A DNA stretch of 64,000 nt, from IMG/VR virus record IMGVR_UViG_3300025122_000006; one strand, written 5' to 3'. The notes below the pieces were generated by a model that was not told where the DNA came from, searched no databases, and worked only from the letters and a program-made list of their open reading frames with translations. This document shows, one piece after another, positions 16,374 to 26,492 of this stretch (position 1 is its first letter; each line of letters begins with the position of its first letter). This DNA comes from a virus. The translations under genes and the position numbers were made by a program.

Positions 16374-19300
16374 ACTTTATTTTTTTTCTCTTTGGATTTA
16401 TTGATACTTTATACAACTTTGGAGCTCGGGTGGCCGGGTCAGTTAAATTAATCCAAATATCATCAAAAAACTTGTCTAAATCAGGTAGTCTTTGGTCTTG
16501 AATTATTGCTGCAATATTGTTTTCTATTTGAACTTCTGGTGCCGCTGGCGGCGGATCTGGAACTTCCGACTGTTTTTTGCCATTGCCAGTACCGGTATTT
16601 CCGCTTTTCTTTTCAGAAATAAGTTCAAATTCTCCAGTCGTCCCCTCCTGGCCGAGCGTTGCAATCCCGTGCTGTCTTACCGCAAAGTTATAATTGGTAA
16701 TACAGTTTTTATCCTCTGATATAATATCAGCAGTTTCTCTAGCTTCCTCTCTGACTTCTCTTTTGGCGTCCGTTCCGTTAAATTTCGATGTGATTGTAAT
16801 TTCAAAATCAGAGGCGGTTTCTCCTATTATATATTCAACAGATTTTATAATATAAAATCCCCCAAAACCTAATAAATTTGCTGCCGTATTAGCCGTATGA
16901 GGATCAGAATCTTCTCCATCAGAAAATTGTTCTTTTGCTCCCCAATCTTTTAAAATAAAGTCTATAATCATGCCCGGATAGAAAGACGTATTCGCTTTTT
17001 GATCTTTAAAAGAAAAAGACAAGTCATAAACATTTGCCAAAAGAGACAGGTTTCCTTGTTGATCGTTAAAATATCTTGCTTCTTGCAGATATGGAGAGTC
17101 TGTTTTAGAAAATGAAACATTTGAGAGATAATTTTGTCTCGTCCATTTCATACCATATATAAGTCTGGACACTACCGAGGATTCTTTTAAAGATTTTTTT
17201 GAAGCTTCTCTAACTTGTTGGAAATATGGTGGAGATTGCATATAAACAACACAGTAATTTGTTGGTTCGTCCTCTATCTTAACATCTGAATCTTTTCTGA
17301 AAAGAATATCTACGCTCTGACCGTCCCCGTAAGGATCCTTTATATCTAAAAGACCAGATTTAGTTTTATAAAATTCCGCAAAAGAATTAGAAAAATAACC
17401 AACTCTTAATAATGGAGGGCGCTCATCAGGTAACAAAGTGGCAAAGCAGGTTTCATAAATAACATCGTTAACTAATCTTTCTAAAAGATCTCTAATGAAA
17501 AAACCAACTGGATAAGTTGTCAAATCTTTTTTAACTACAGCGTGATCAAGCCAATTAAGAAAAAAACCTAAATCAATTGGTATCTGGCAGGGGTTTATGC
17601 TTATTAAATTTTCTACAGATTTTGGATCTGGTATTTGAATTGGCGCAACCATAAATTTTAAATTTAAATTTTTTACCTCATCAGACATCTCAGCGGTGAT
17701 GCTGCCTTCCTCATATAGGCAATCTGTCGCAATCTCTATAAGATCTCCCAAATAAAACATAAGTGTTGAAACACTAGGATCAACATCCCATTCACCTTCT
17801 GCAGCTGCTTCCAGAGCAGCGATGCCTTTCTCCGATAAGCCTTGATAGGCGTGACCCTTCCCGGTTATCGCTATGATTTCCTTGGCTTTTTCTTCCGTTG
17901 TTGGCAGTATTTCTTTTATATATTTAACTTTTGGATCAAAATATCCTTTTAAGGCGCTTTCTAGCGCTTTTTCGGCATATACAGCTTGATATAATTTGTT
18001 TCTTGCTATTAATCGATCAAGAAAAGAACTATGAGATACCTGTGATTTCTCTGCCTTTGTTGCCGCTTCATTGATTCTCATTATTTCCCTAATTGTTTGA
18101 GGATCACAACCTTTCTCTCCTTGTTTTCTCAAAGCCTCGTCAAGATTGTGTTGCCTCAATTTTCTTTGCTGTTTTAAGAATTGAGTCGCAAGAGCATCAT
18201 TGAAAGGCATAGTCATCATCGATTCAAAATAACCTCGATAATTTATCTCAAAAGTGGTCACGCCAGTTTCAGAATCTCTTGATAGCGAATGGTCTTTAGT
18301 AGTTAAATCAACAATGAGTTCGGTTTGTCTATCACTACCAGCAGTTGCGGTTAATCTAAGTCTGTTGTAGTTAGGACTATATTGGCTAGTTAATAAGTGT
18401 CCAGGGCCTCCTTCTAATCTTCCCGTAACTGGTAAATTAACTAAATTTTGAAGTTCTATCACTGTCACGGTATTGTCTTCTTCTATAACTCTGCCTATTT
18501 CCTCTTGTAGGACTGACACATTACTTAGAGCAAACCTTAAGGACACTTGGACATCATTTCTGGCGGTTGATGGATTGGTTCCTTCAAATGAGATTCTCGT
18601 TTCTATAAGGGTAAATTTATTTGAAGAGACAGTATTCAATATAATTTTTTTTTGGATCCTCGCCTTCTCGTCTTCTTGAGTAGCCGTCCATAATTTTCTG
18701 AGATCGTCTGTATTATCGCTGGAAACTGTTTTAAGAGGTATTTCTATTAAAGTGAGATCTTGTTTAGTATAAATATAAGATAATTTTACATTTAAAGACG
18801 TCGGATTATAATCCGAATTTGCAAATTTACCTTTTGTGTCCGAGGTAGCATTGGCAATATTGAGAAAAGTAGTAGGATCAGACATCTTCGGATCAACAGG
18901 CAAAATTCTTCCTAGATATGGTCCGAATGCGTCAGCATCTCCTTTGACGGGTCGTGTCAGACCAGTTGCTGCCCCGGGATAGGTTGTCCGGGAAAATCCA
19001 TTGTGGAACAGGTCTGTAATTAGAGTACATTGTTTGTAATTAAGAACCTGACCAGGTTTTAAATTTTTACTTTTTAGTTCTTTTCCCGCGGCAGCTGCCA
19101 GGGCTTCCAAATCATTATTGAGTGCGGCGGCATGTAGATCCTCAATGTTTTCAGGTGTATCCACGCCACCGGGCACATCCAAGTTTTCCAAATATTCATT
19201 GACTACATGTTCAAAAGCATTAATCCACCATTCGTCAATCATGGGTCCGACAACTACAGCCTCACGAAAATATATGCTCCTAGGGGGTGCTGCTGTTCCC

Positions 19301-19806
19301 GTGAATAGCCTTTCAAGAACCTCTCTGGGAGAAGGTTCGTTTATGGCCGCATACCATACTTCTACTTCCTTTCCGATTGCCTCGGCGCCTAGCTGAGTCT
19401 GCTGCTTATACAAATCTATTGTTTCTTCGAACCATGACAGCCAGTCAACTTCAAACATTGTTTCCAATTGTTCATCAGTGAATTTATTGTCATTGAAAAA
19501 AGTTATGAAAGACTCAAATCGTTCATCAGACCAAATTACCTGCTGAAGACGATCTAGGACAGCTCTGTCGAAGGTCTGATTAATCGCCTCCAACGACTCC
19601 GTCAGACTCTCGGAGGGGATGAATTCTACCTCGGGTGAAATTTGTCCAAGAGTCTCCCGGCCGGGGAGTAACCTGGCAGTTTCCATCGGGACAAACCAGC
19701 TATTAAACCACTCCCTCTCTTCCGGGGTTACAGATATTAAATAACCATTGGCCAAATTCCCAATTTGCTCATCTTCAGTCAAATCTTTCCAAGGTTTCCA
19801 AGCCAT
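16351..19806 (-). CDS. Putative baseplate hub / tail protein
   Basis: Located downstream of the tape measure and LysM-like genes; C-terminal NTSFYPGMII...LGFGGFYIIKSVEYII...FEITI resembles gp27/gpD-type hub beta-barrels. Confidence 0.55.
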   Translation of the reverse strand: MAWKPWKDLTEDEQIGNLANGYLISVTPEEREWFNSWFVPMETARLLPGRETLGQISPEVEFIPSESLTESLEAINQTFDRAVLDRLQQVIWSDERFESFITFFNDNKFTDEQLETMFEVDWLSWFEETIDLYKQQTQLGAEAIGKEVEVWYAAINEPSPREVLERLFTGTAAPPRSIYFREAVVVGPMIDEWWINAFEHVVNEYLENLDVPGGVDTPENIEDLHAAALNNDLEALAAAAGKELKSKNLKPGQVLNYKQCTLITDLFHNGFSRTTYPGAATGLTRPVKGDADAFGPYLGRILPVDPKMSDPTTFLNIANATSDTKGKFANSDYNPTSLNVKLSYIYTKQDLTLIEIPLKTVSSDNTDDLRKLWTATQEDEKARIQKKIILNTVSSNKFTLIETRISFEGTNPSTARNDVQVSLRFALSNVSVLQEEIGRVIEEDNTVTVIELQNLVNLPVTGRLEGGPGHLLTSQYSPNYNRLRLTATAGSDRQTELIVDLTTKDHSLSRDSETGVTTFEINYRGYFESMMTMPFNDALATQFLKQQRKLRQHNLDEALRKQGEKGCDPQTIREIMRINEAATKAEKSQVSHSSFLDRLIARNKLYQAVYAEKALESALKGYFDPKVKYIKEILPTTEEKAKEIIAITGKGHAYQGLSEKGIAALEAAAEGEWDVDPSVSTLMFYLGDLIEIATDCLYEEGSITAEMSDEVKNLNLKFMVAPIQIPDPKSVENLISINPCQIPIDLGFFLNWLDHAVVKKDLTTYPVGFFIRDLLERLVNDVIYETCFATLLPDERPPLLRVGYFSNSFAEFYKTKSGLLDIKDPYGDGQSVDILFRKDSDVKIEDEPTNYCVVYMQSPPYFQQVREASKKSLKESSVVSRLIYGMKWTRQNYLSNVSFSKTDSPYLQEARYFNDQQGNLSLLANVYDLSFSFKDQKANTSFYPGMIIDFILKDWGAKEQFSDGEDSDPHTANTAANLLGFGGFYIIKSVEYIIGETASDFEITITSKFNGTDAKREVREEARETADIISEDKNCITNYNFAVRQHGIATLGQEGTTGEFELISEKKSGNTGTGNGKKQSEVPDPPPAAPEVQIENNIAAIIQDQRLPDLDKFFDDIWINLTDPATRAPKLYKVSINPKRKKIKYDGTTIS

Positions 19807-20136
19807 TTAGCTCTCCAATTTATTATTCAAAACCGAAGGGTTCGCAGGGATCAAAACTTCGTCCCCAAAAGTATAATGTGCATCTGTCGGCTTATTATTT
19901 ACAAGGGCAATGACCCACCAAAAATCGTAGGTATCATAATATTTATACGAAAGTTTATATAAAGTATCTCCCGTTATCCAAATATGAGTTGTAATTATGG
20001 GCAAATTTACATCTTTGAGGGAATCAAATGTTATAGTTCTGGTTATCGTAAGAAATTTACGTTTTTTTTTGTCCAATATTTTATCATATAAAGGAGCATT
20101 TAGAGCGGCATTTTTTCTATTCTTATATTTCGGCAT
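19807..20136 (-). CDS. LysM/gpX/gp53-like baseplate wedge protein
   Basis: HIWITGDTLYKLSYKYY...WWVIALVN...GDEVLIP. Confidence 0.8.
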   Translation of the reverse strand: MPKYKNRKNAALNAPLYDKILDKKKRKFLTITRTITFDSLKDVNLPIITTHIWITGDTLYKLSYKYYDTYDFWWVIALVNNKPTDAHYTFGDEVLIPANPSVLNNKLES

Positions 20137-20149
20137 TTTTGGTTCTCAT

Positions 20150-21772
20150 TTACGTTTTTGTAACATTTGCGTATTTTATATTTAAAGGAAAAAGAATTGG
20201 ATTTTCATCATTGATATTGTCTAGAAAACTTTGTTTCTCTGGGTACACATCATAATCAATACTATAGAAATTTTCATGACCTGATTTAAATTTTCGGAAA
20301 GGGTTTAAACTTCTAACATCTTCTAAAACAAAAGACATTTCAATTGACATTACTTTGGGGTACAATTTATCGTTTTCTTCAAAAAAACCAAGCTCAGAAC
20401 TTATTTCAAAACTCATAGTGTCTGGTATCATTGTTACTGAATTAGCTAATGCCGCGGCAAAATTAAACTGCGGAAATCTTTTGGCTTTAGCTTTCTCAAT
20501 CATATGAGGTATATATACGCTCAAATAAGGCTTTTTATTGATTTCACCGGGGTATTTATCATCATCATTGTTTTTCTTAAAGAACATTCTCATTAAATAT
20601 TGAATTTTTCCACAATTCTTTTTGGCCTCTTCAATATCATCAGCAGAAATATTAAATTTAAATTTATAATCTATTCCGTTATAAGTTGAATATTGAAAGG
20701 CTTGATCCAGATCTAAATGTTTACTAACATTGATGTTGGCATCAACTTTTACTTCTCTTGAAAAAGATTCTAAAAAAGGCTTGAAAAACACATATCTTCT
20801 TCTTGTTACCTTTGGATCAAAAAAGTCGCATCCGCGAGTCTTTGGAAATGCGACATCGTCTTTATCTGTCAGGAGAGAAATAAATATGTAAGAGTCTTGT
20901 TTAGAATTCATATATTTAAGATCATTCATCTCGGAGGTTGTATAGTCTATTCTAGGTAATCGATTCATTTCCTTTACATTCGCTGTTTTGACACTGACCA
21001 AAAAAGGAAAAAGCTGGCTATCTTCTGGATGGTACATCCCGTTTACAATGAAAGATTTTATGGTTTTGAGTGGGAACCCGTCACTACCAAAGTTTTTGTG
21101 TATATCAGTTTCCAAGTTTAGTGTGAGATTTAGTTTAATATTCTTGGGAAACTTAAAAGATTTCCACACGAAAAACCCCATTTCGAGATCTGGTTCGTAA
21201 TTTATGCTTTCTAAATAACAGGGGAACCCATATTCAAAAAGATCTTTGTAGCTGCGTATTCTCGGATGTGCCTCGTAATCTCTACCAGAATTTATTAAAT
21301 TTTTAAAAAAGACAGAAAATAAATTTTTCGTATAATGTTTTTTTTCCTTGTCCTCCGCAGATATCTTGACCCCAAGTTTGCTTAAATCCATTTCCTGTCC
21401 CGGGACTATATATCTTTGAAGTTCTGCTATCTTTGAAAGATTGTTCCTACTTTCATTAACGGTATGAGCAGGAATATTCAGGCTTACGTTATAACTCATT
21501 TTGCCGTTATATGGTTTAAAAATTTTATGATTTTTGTCTTTGCCTTCTGTAAAAGTACCATCTTTATCTAAATTTATTTTTATTGAATCTATAAAAGCTT
21601 TTAAGGCCACCATTCTTTCGGAAATATCATGGCCTATATATAAAACATCTCCTCGGGCTTCTGAGCCGTCTGATCCATAGCCACGAAAATTTTCACTTGC
21701 AGGGTAGGTGAGACTGGAAGGCCAATAGGCTCTATATTTTCTAGGATATTTTGGTGGCGTTCTTCTTGACAT
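20150..21772 (-). CDS. Tail-tube initiator / baseplate-tube junction-like protein with two repeated tube-fold domains
   Basis: Directly after the tape measure gene; internal duplication (KAFIDSIKIN..NIPAHTVNESRNNLSKIAELQR..GFF..FPK versus KPFLESFSRE..NISADDIEEAKKNCGKIQYLMR..GFF..YPK). Confidence 0.55.
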   Translation of the reverse strand: MSRRTPPKYPRKYRAYWPSSLTYPASENFRGYGSDGSEARGDVLYIGHDISERMVALKAFIDSIKINLDKDGTFTEGKDKNHKIFKPYNGKMSYNVSLNIPAHTVNESRNNLSKIAELQRYIVPGQEMDLSKLGVKISAEDKEKKHYTKNLFSVFFKNLINSGRDYEAHPRIRSYKDLFEYGFPCYLESINYEPDLEMGFFVWKSFKFPKNIKLNLTLNLETDIHKNFGSDGFPLKTIKSFIVNGMYHPEDSQLFPFLVSVKTANVKEMNRLPRIDYTTSEMNDLKYMNSKQDSYIFISLLTDKDDVAFPKTRGCDFFDPKVTRRRYVFFKPFLESFSREVKVDANINVSKHLDLDQAFQYSTYNGIDYKFKFNISADDIEEAKKNCGKIQYLMRMFFKKNNDDDKYPGEINKKPYLSVYIPHMIEKAKAKRFPQFNFAAALANSVTMIPDTMSFEISSELGFFEENDKLYPKVMSIEMSFVLEDVRSLNPFRKFKSGHENFYSIDYDVYPEKQSFLDNINDENPILFPLNIKYANVTKT

Positions 21773-21774
21773 AA

Positions 21775-24072
21775 TTAACCGACATCCTTCTGAAGAGCCG
21801 CGAAAGCGCTCTTTAATTCTCGACTGTCAAGGTATACTTTTACATTTACCTCTGGCATTTTTAATTCCGGAACGTTAACATCAACAGTGATCTTTCCTCC
21901 AGAAATATTGGCAGCGATGTCCTCGTCGCCCATCACTAATGATGTAGCGCCTCCCTCTGATCTAATTGCAATAAATCCATCCAGTTCCGTACCGGCCATC
22001 TCGACCAAAATTGATTTAACCGCGCCCAAACCACTAACGAGGGCAGTGGTATCCAAATTTGTCAAGGATGCAAATGGTTGGATAAAGCGATTGAATGCCT
22101 CAGCGAGGGGCCGGAACGCGGTCATTAAAGTCTTGAAAGCCCGGGCAACACCGAAGATAGCAGTGGGGATGGCAGCAAACCAGCCTGCCATGCCCATGAC
22201 GATTTCGCCCACACTCAAAGATGATTTCGCATTCCAGGCATCTCTGAACCAGTAGATCGCCGAGACCAAAGCCATCACCCCCGCGACGACCCACCCTACT
22301 GGTGTAGCCACCAAAGCCGCCCCGGCGCTCCACCAGGCGAATAACACAAATCCAGCCTTGACTGCGATCCCGATGGCGACGAAGGCCTTCAAGAGCGAGG
22401 AGTAGAAGGGCTCCAGCTTTTCAAAACCAGCGGCGACATAGGCAACTCCTGCGCCGATCACCTCCATCACAAAGATCCAGAGCTTGATGACCGGCTTGAA
22501 AAGCATGAGAGCTTTTAAGAAAGCTGCCTTGAATTGAGTCCAAAGAGGTACCAATTCCGCGGTTATTGCTGCTAAATCTTCTTGGGACTTATTTGCCTCT
22601 TCCATATCCCCCATATATTTAAGATATTCCTCTTGATCCATATTTAAAAGTTTTTGAGCTTCGCCGACATCTTTTACTCCCATTGCTTGCGCAATGTACA
22701 TTTTAGTAAATTTATCTAAATTATCAAAATTACCAACCTGCAATCCGATTTGTTGTCTCAGCATTGTAATTCTATCAGCGTCATTTGCAGACATCATTTC
22801 AATGGTTGATAGCTGAGTTCCGAGAACAGCATTAAGTTTCGCAACAGAGTCAGCAGCAGTATCAAATTGATTATATTGCTGAGATATGCCAATAAGAGAA
22901 GATACTTCCATCCCAGACGCTTTAGCCTGGGCTGCGAGACCTTTAAACACTTGAACATTCCGGGATCCGTATATGGCAAGATATCCAGAAGCTGATTCCC
23001 AGTCAGCCATCATTTTAGAAGATGTCGTTCCCATTTGTCGACCCATCATTGCAATCTCAACTGTCATATCGGCAGCGACTTCAGCGGAGACCCCCATTGT
23101 TCTTGTAAAGAAATCCATTGATTTTGCAGAAGTAGCAGTATCAATTCCAATTTTTTTCAACCTCACTACTGTTGTTGCTAATGTTACATTGACTCCGTGC
23201 GCGGCAGGATCAAATTTAGAAAAATTTGTTGCTAAGGCGCCCATGGCTTCTCCAGCATCTTCTATCGATCCTCCCATTAATAGAGTATTGTCATAAATGT
23301 CTAGCAATTCCCCCCCAAATTGATATCCCATCCCGGTAGCAGACCCCAAGGCTCTTGACGCCCCAGACACAGCCGCCGTTAGCTCGGCGGCCCAGGCGAT
23401 CAGTCCGGCCGCCGCGGCAATATGCTTCAGTTTGCCGAGTTTCTGCCCCAGAGCCTTGATCTCAATCGCGTTCTTTTTCCACATGTCGGAACCTTTCTTA
23501 GCGATGTCGACGAAGGAAGTGCCATCTTCCCCGAGTTTCTCCAGATAATTGGCTATTTGTGAATATTGCTCTATTTTCTTCTCGGATTGGCCAAGGAACC
23601 TTAAGCCCATTTTGAGACCTTTTTCCGCCAGCGAGACTATCCCCTCGCTGGAGGTGAGTTCATCTTCTTTTGCCTCCTTGGCTTCTTCGTATAACTCTAC
23701 TAGCTTTTCCATCTCTGCGCGTTGTTCTTTGATCTTGTCAAGATCAATATCATGTGACTCACCGATGCTCTCCATTTGTTCAAATTGCAATCGGAGATTC
23801 TCGAGCATATCGCTCTCAACGTCAGCTTCCTCGATGGACATTTGTAATCTAACCTTCTGCAGTTCCAATTGTTCTTTGAGCTTGTTCATCTTGGCGGCGT
23901 CGAGGATCCCACTGGCTCGCTCCAATTCACGAAGTTCTTGTACCTGTTTTAATTGTTGAGCATAGGTTTCAGTAATTTTTTTCTGTACTTCTAAGCTCTC
24001 TATATCTTTTTCCATTTTTTCCGCGGCTGCTTTTGCTGCGTCAACTGCGTCTGTTGGAGATGGAGCTGCCAT
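21775..24072 (-). CDS. Tape measure protein
   Basis: Helical Ala/Gly-rich protein with a coiled-coil N-terminus and hydrophobic segments; follows the tail tube and chaperone genes. Confidence 0.8.
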   Translation of the reverse strand: MAAPSPTDAVDAAKAAAEKMEKDIESLEVQKKITETYAQQLKQVQELRELERASGILDAAKMNKLKEQLELQKVRLQMSIEEADVESDMLENLRLQFEQMESIGESHDIDLDKIKEQRAEMEKLVELYEEAKEAKEDELTSSEGIVSLAEKGLKMGLRFLGQSEKKIEQYSQIANYLEKLGEDGTSFVDIAKKGSDMWKKNAIEIKALGQKLGKLKHIAAAAGLIAWAAELTAAVSGASRALGSATGMGYQFGGELLDIYDNTLLMGGSIEDAGEAMGALATNFSKFDPAAHGVNVTLATTVVRLKKIGIDTATSAKSMDFFTRTMGVSAEVAADMTVEIAMMGRQMGTTSSKMMADWESASGYLAIYGSRNVQVFKGLAAQAKASGMEVSSLIGISQQYNQFDTAADSVAKLNAVLGTQLSTIEMMSANDADRITMLRQQIGLQVGNFDNLDKFTKMYIAQAMGVKDVGEAQKLLNMDQEEYLKYMGDMEEANKSQEDLAAITAELVPLWTQFKAAFLKALMLFKPVIKLWIFVMEVIGAGVAYVAAGFEKLEPFYSSLLKAFVAIGIAVKAGFVLFAWWSAGAALVATPVGWVVAGVMALVSAIYWFRDAWNAKSSLSVGEIVMGMAGWFAAIPTAIFGVARAFKTLMTAFRPLAEAFNRFIQPFASLTNLDTTALVSGLGAVKSILVEMAGTELDGFIAIRSEGGATSLVMGDEDIAANISGGKITVDVNVPELKMPEVNVKVYLDSRELKSAFAALQKDVG

Positions 24073-24092
24073 ATCATAGTCCTCTTACTTTG

Positions 24093-24100
24093 TAAATAGT
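24093..24100 (-). promoter_or_regulatory. Putative late promoter ACTATTTA (tape measure)
   Basis: Recurrent motif upstream of structural genes; here directly after a terminator. Confidence 0.6.
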
Positions 24101-24106
24101 TTGAAT

Positions 24107-24134
24107 AAAAAAATGCCCGAGTTTTCTCGGGCAT
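24107..24134 (-). terminator. Intrinsic terminator after the tail assembly chaperones
   Basis: ATGCCCGAG-AAAA-CTCGGGCAT followed by a T-tract. Confidence 0.85.
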
Positions 24135-24295
24135 CATCTTCTTGCTTTTTTCGCTGCATCGGCTTCTTTCTTATATTCTTGCAAGGTTCGATCAAGAAAC
24201 CACTTTCTTAATCCAACCGGGAGGTTATATAATTCGAATAAAGACCAGCCGCCATAGTGCTTAAGAATGAAAAACGCCTCATATACGCTTTCCAT
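24134..24295 (-). CDS. Second tail assembly chaperone ORF (gp51/gpT-like), 53 aa; may be expressed as a frameshift extension
   Basis: MESVYEAFFILKHYGGWSLFELYNLPVGLRKWFLDRTLQEYKKE..., a typical WSxxExxxLPxxxR chaperone pattern; overlaps the 3' end of the upstream chaperone; absent from the ORF track. Confidence 0.75.
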   Translation of the reverse strand: MESVYEAFFILKHYGGWSLFELYNLPVGLRKWFLDRTLQEYKKEADAAKKARR

Positions 24296-25136
24296 GTATT
24301 CCTCGTTCAGGCCAAAAAAAGTCAGCGCCGAACGGCACCGTCATAACCTCCTCGTGTTCACAATGTTTACACACAAAATTATCTTGGATATTAATATCTG
24401 GAGAAATCAGGGTGAAACAATCTCTTAAGTATCTAGAGTCTGTGGCGACCATATTCTCGCAAACATAATTAACAGTTTTTTTATCCTTGTATCCATTGAA
24501 AGATAATACAAAACGTTTCATCTGCTTTGTTACAAGATTATCCATTGAATTTTTGCCCTTACTTTCTTTGATCATTTGCATTTCATCATGACCAATTAAA
24601 GGACGAAATTCTGCTTGTATTGCAGATATAGGAAGTTCTACCAAAAACGTACCCTGATCTGTTCTTTGAATTTCTGTGTCTTCGATGTCATCTCCATGAT
24701 GAACTTTACTATTTGAAAGATCAAATTTAAATTTTGAAGTTTCTCCACAATTTGGGCAAGATACCTTTGTTTTGTATTCATCTCCATAAGCCGAAGCCCG
24801 AGCATAAATAAGGATCGCGTTTCTATCTCCAATATACAAAGATTTTGAATCAATTGATTTATTTTTGATTAAATTTTGGATAAGACGATCAATTGCAATT
24901 CCTTTCTTCAATAAAGATCGCGACGTAAGAGTGTCTTCGTCCCTAGCCGTCATGTAATTAATTTCAATTGAGTCTTGTCCGTATAATGGATGACCTTGTG
25001 GATATTTTCCTTTTGATGGAAGATCTACAAATTGTGATGGAGCAACAAAGTCCATCGGATTCGCCATTTGAGGGGCGTCTTCTGTTGGATTTGGTTTGTG
25101 ACCGCCAACCATTCGGTCTTGATTATTTCTTCTCAT
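24279..25136 (-). CDS. Tail/baseplate hub assembly chaperone (T4 gp26-like)
   Basis: VDLPSKG.YP, MTARDED.L, GDRNAIL..RASAYG, CPNC and CKHC Zn pairs, and C-terminal DFFWP. Confidence 0.8.
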   Translation of the reverse strand: MRRNNQDRMVGGHKPNPTEDAPQMANPMDFVAPSQFVDLPSKGKYPQGHPLYGQDSIEINYMTARDEDTLTSRSLLKKGIAIDRLIQNLIKNKSIDSKSLYIGDRNAILIYARASAYGDEYKTKVSCPNCGETSKFKFDLSNSKVHHGDDIEDTEIQRTDQGTFLVELPISAIQAEFRPLIGHDEMQMIKESKGKNSMDNLVTKQMKRFVLSFNGYKDKKTVNYVCENMVATDSRYLRDCFTLISPDINIQDNFVCKHCEHEEVMTVPFGADFFWPERGIHGKRI

Positions 25137-25153
25137 TTACACCTCTAAAAAGA

Positions 25154-25813
25154 TTATTCTTGTTCTATTTGTCTGCTTATAACGGGCGAGATACCAGTAG
25201 CAGCGTATTTAGGCTCTATAAATGGTGGACTTGAAAATTTGGCATAATCATATTCAATTTCCATAGTATATTCCACCAAATCATCGCTTTCATAAGCGAG
25301 ATCACCCCAATTTATCGATTTAATAATTGGATTAACTATTTCCCATTGTTCTGTAATTAAAAGTTTACCTTCCTCATTGGGAACAGTATTAATTTGTTGT
25401 ATAAAAACTGAACCTTGAAAAGATAAATCCATCATTGATGCTTTTGTTGGAGTTGTTAGTCCTGAATTATCAGGAGTTTTATAATTTGAACCCCCAAGCA
25501 TATCTGATAACAGAGTAGCAGTATCCATATGTCGAACACCACCCTGACCACCGGCTAAAAGATCTTCACTTCCATCAGCCATCAAATACTCTCCAGCGCC
25601 ATCAATAAAAGTTAATGTTATTGGGTTCCACTTAACAAGTCCCGGATATTTATAATAATGATTTATCATCCTGAATTCCTTAACATCAATGGCAACAGAA
25701 GGCTTTGTTACAGTTTTGATTGTAGGTATCAAATAACTCCCAATAACTAATACAAATCTAGATTTAGTCTTTGGATGAAGTGCAAATTTATCTGTTGAAG
25801 TCCACCAAGCCAT
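25154..25813 (-). CDS. Tail tube protein paralog 2 (gp19-like)
   Basis: PKTKSRF, KTVTKPS, YKYPGLVKWNPITLTFID and WGDLAYESDDLVEYTMEIEYDYA. Confidence 0.85.
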   Translation of the reverse strand: MAWWTSTDKFALHPKTKSRFVLVIGSYLIPTIKTVTKPSVAIDVKEFRMINHYYKYPGLVKWNPITLTFIDGAGEYLMADGSEDLLAGGQGGVRHMDTATLLSDMLGGSNYKTPDNSGLTTPTKASMMDLSFQGSVFIQQINTVPNEEGKLLITEQWEIVNPIIKSINWGDLAYESDDLVEYTMEIEYDYAKFSSPPFIEPKYAATGISPVISRQIEQE

Positions 25814-25822
25814 TTATTATCC

Positions 25823-26458
25823 TTAAACCGGGGCTGCAGGGGCGGGATCTACGCCGTAGAATTTCCTATCATCTTTGGGTTCAGTACCACCTTCTATTCT
25901 CGCAAGGTCGGCTACGTCAGGCACGTTGTTGGGGTCGAAGGACAGCTCGGCCCAGTCATAACGCAGCTCAAGATCAATCTGAATCAGATCGTCACCAGAA
26001 TAATCTAAATCACCAAATTTAACTGATTTTATAAAAGCATTTTTAAGTGACCAGTTTTCAATTGATTTACCTTCAGCATCAACCTGTATAATTGATACGG
26101 CGCCCAGAGATGTTGTGGCTTTACCTTTTGACATTGTTTCTAATGTACTAGCATCGCCAGGGATTGTATAGCCGGCGGCTCTTATTAGAGCGCTGATTTG
26201 AGCAGTAGCATTTGGAGAGACAGGGTCTACCAATGCCAAGGTAACCGGATCCCACTCAACCCTTCCCGGAAAATAAAATTTATGATTCAAATAAGTATGA
26301 TCCGATTCTGTTACAGTATAGCTTGGTTTATTAACCGTTTTAGCCCACCATATTACGCCATCGCCGGCATTGTCGAGTCCGCCAAAGATAACTTTAAATC
26401 TAAATTGTCTTTTAGGGTCTCTCGTGCCGCTGTCTAATTCTGTGCTCCAAAACGCCAT
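25823..26458 (-). CDS. Tail tube protein (gp19-like)
   Basis: DPKRQFRF, AKTVNKPS, FPGRVEWDPVTLALVDP and FGDLDYSGDDLIQIDLELRYDWA; directly after the sheath gene. Confidence 0.9.
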   Translation of the reverse strand: MAFWSTELDSGTRDPKRQFRFKVIFGGLDNAGDGVIWWAKTVNKPSYTVTESDHTYLNHKFYFPGRVEWDPVTLALVDPVSPNATAQISALIRAAGYTIPGDASTLETMSKGKATTSLGAVSIIQVDAEGKSIENWSLKNAFIKSVKFGDLDYSGDDLIQIDLELRYDWAELSFDPNNVPDVADLARIEGGTEPKDDRKFYGVDPAPAAPV

Positions 26459-26481
26459 TTTAATTTATCTCCTGTTTGTTA

Positions 26482-26489
26482 TAATTAGT
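26482..26489 (-). promoter_or_regulatory. Putative late promoter ACTAATTA (tail tube)
   Basis: Recurrent motif in a short intergenic gap. Confidence 0.55.
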
Positions 26490-26492
26490 GGC

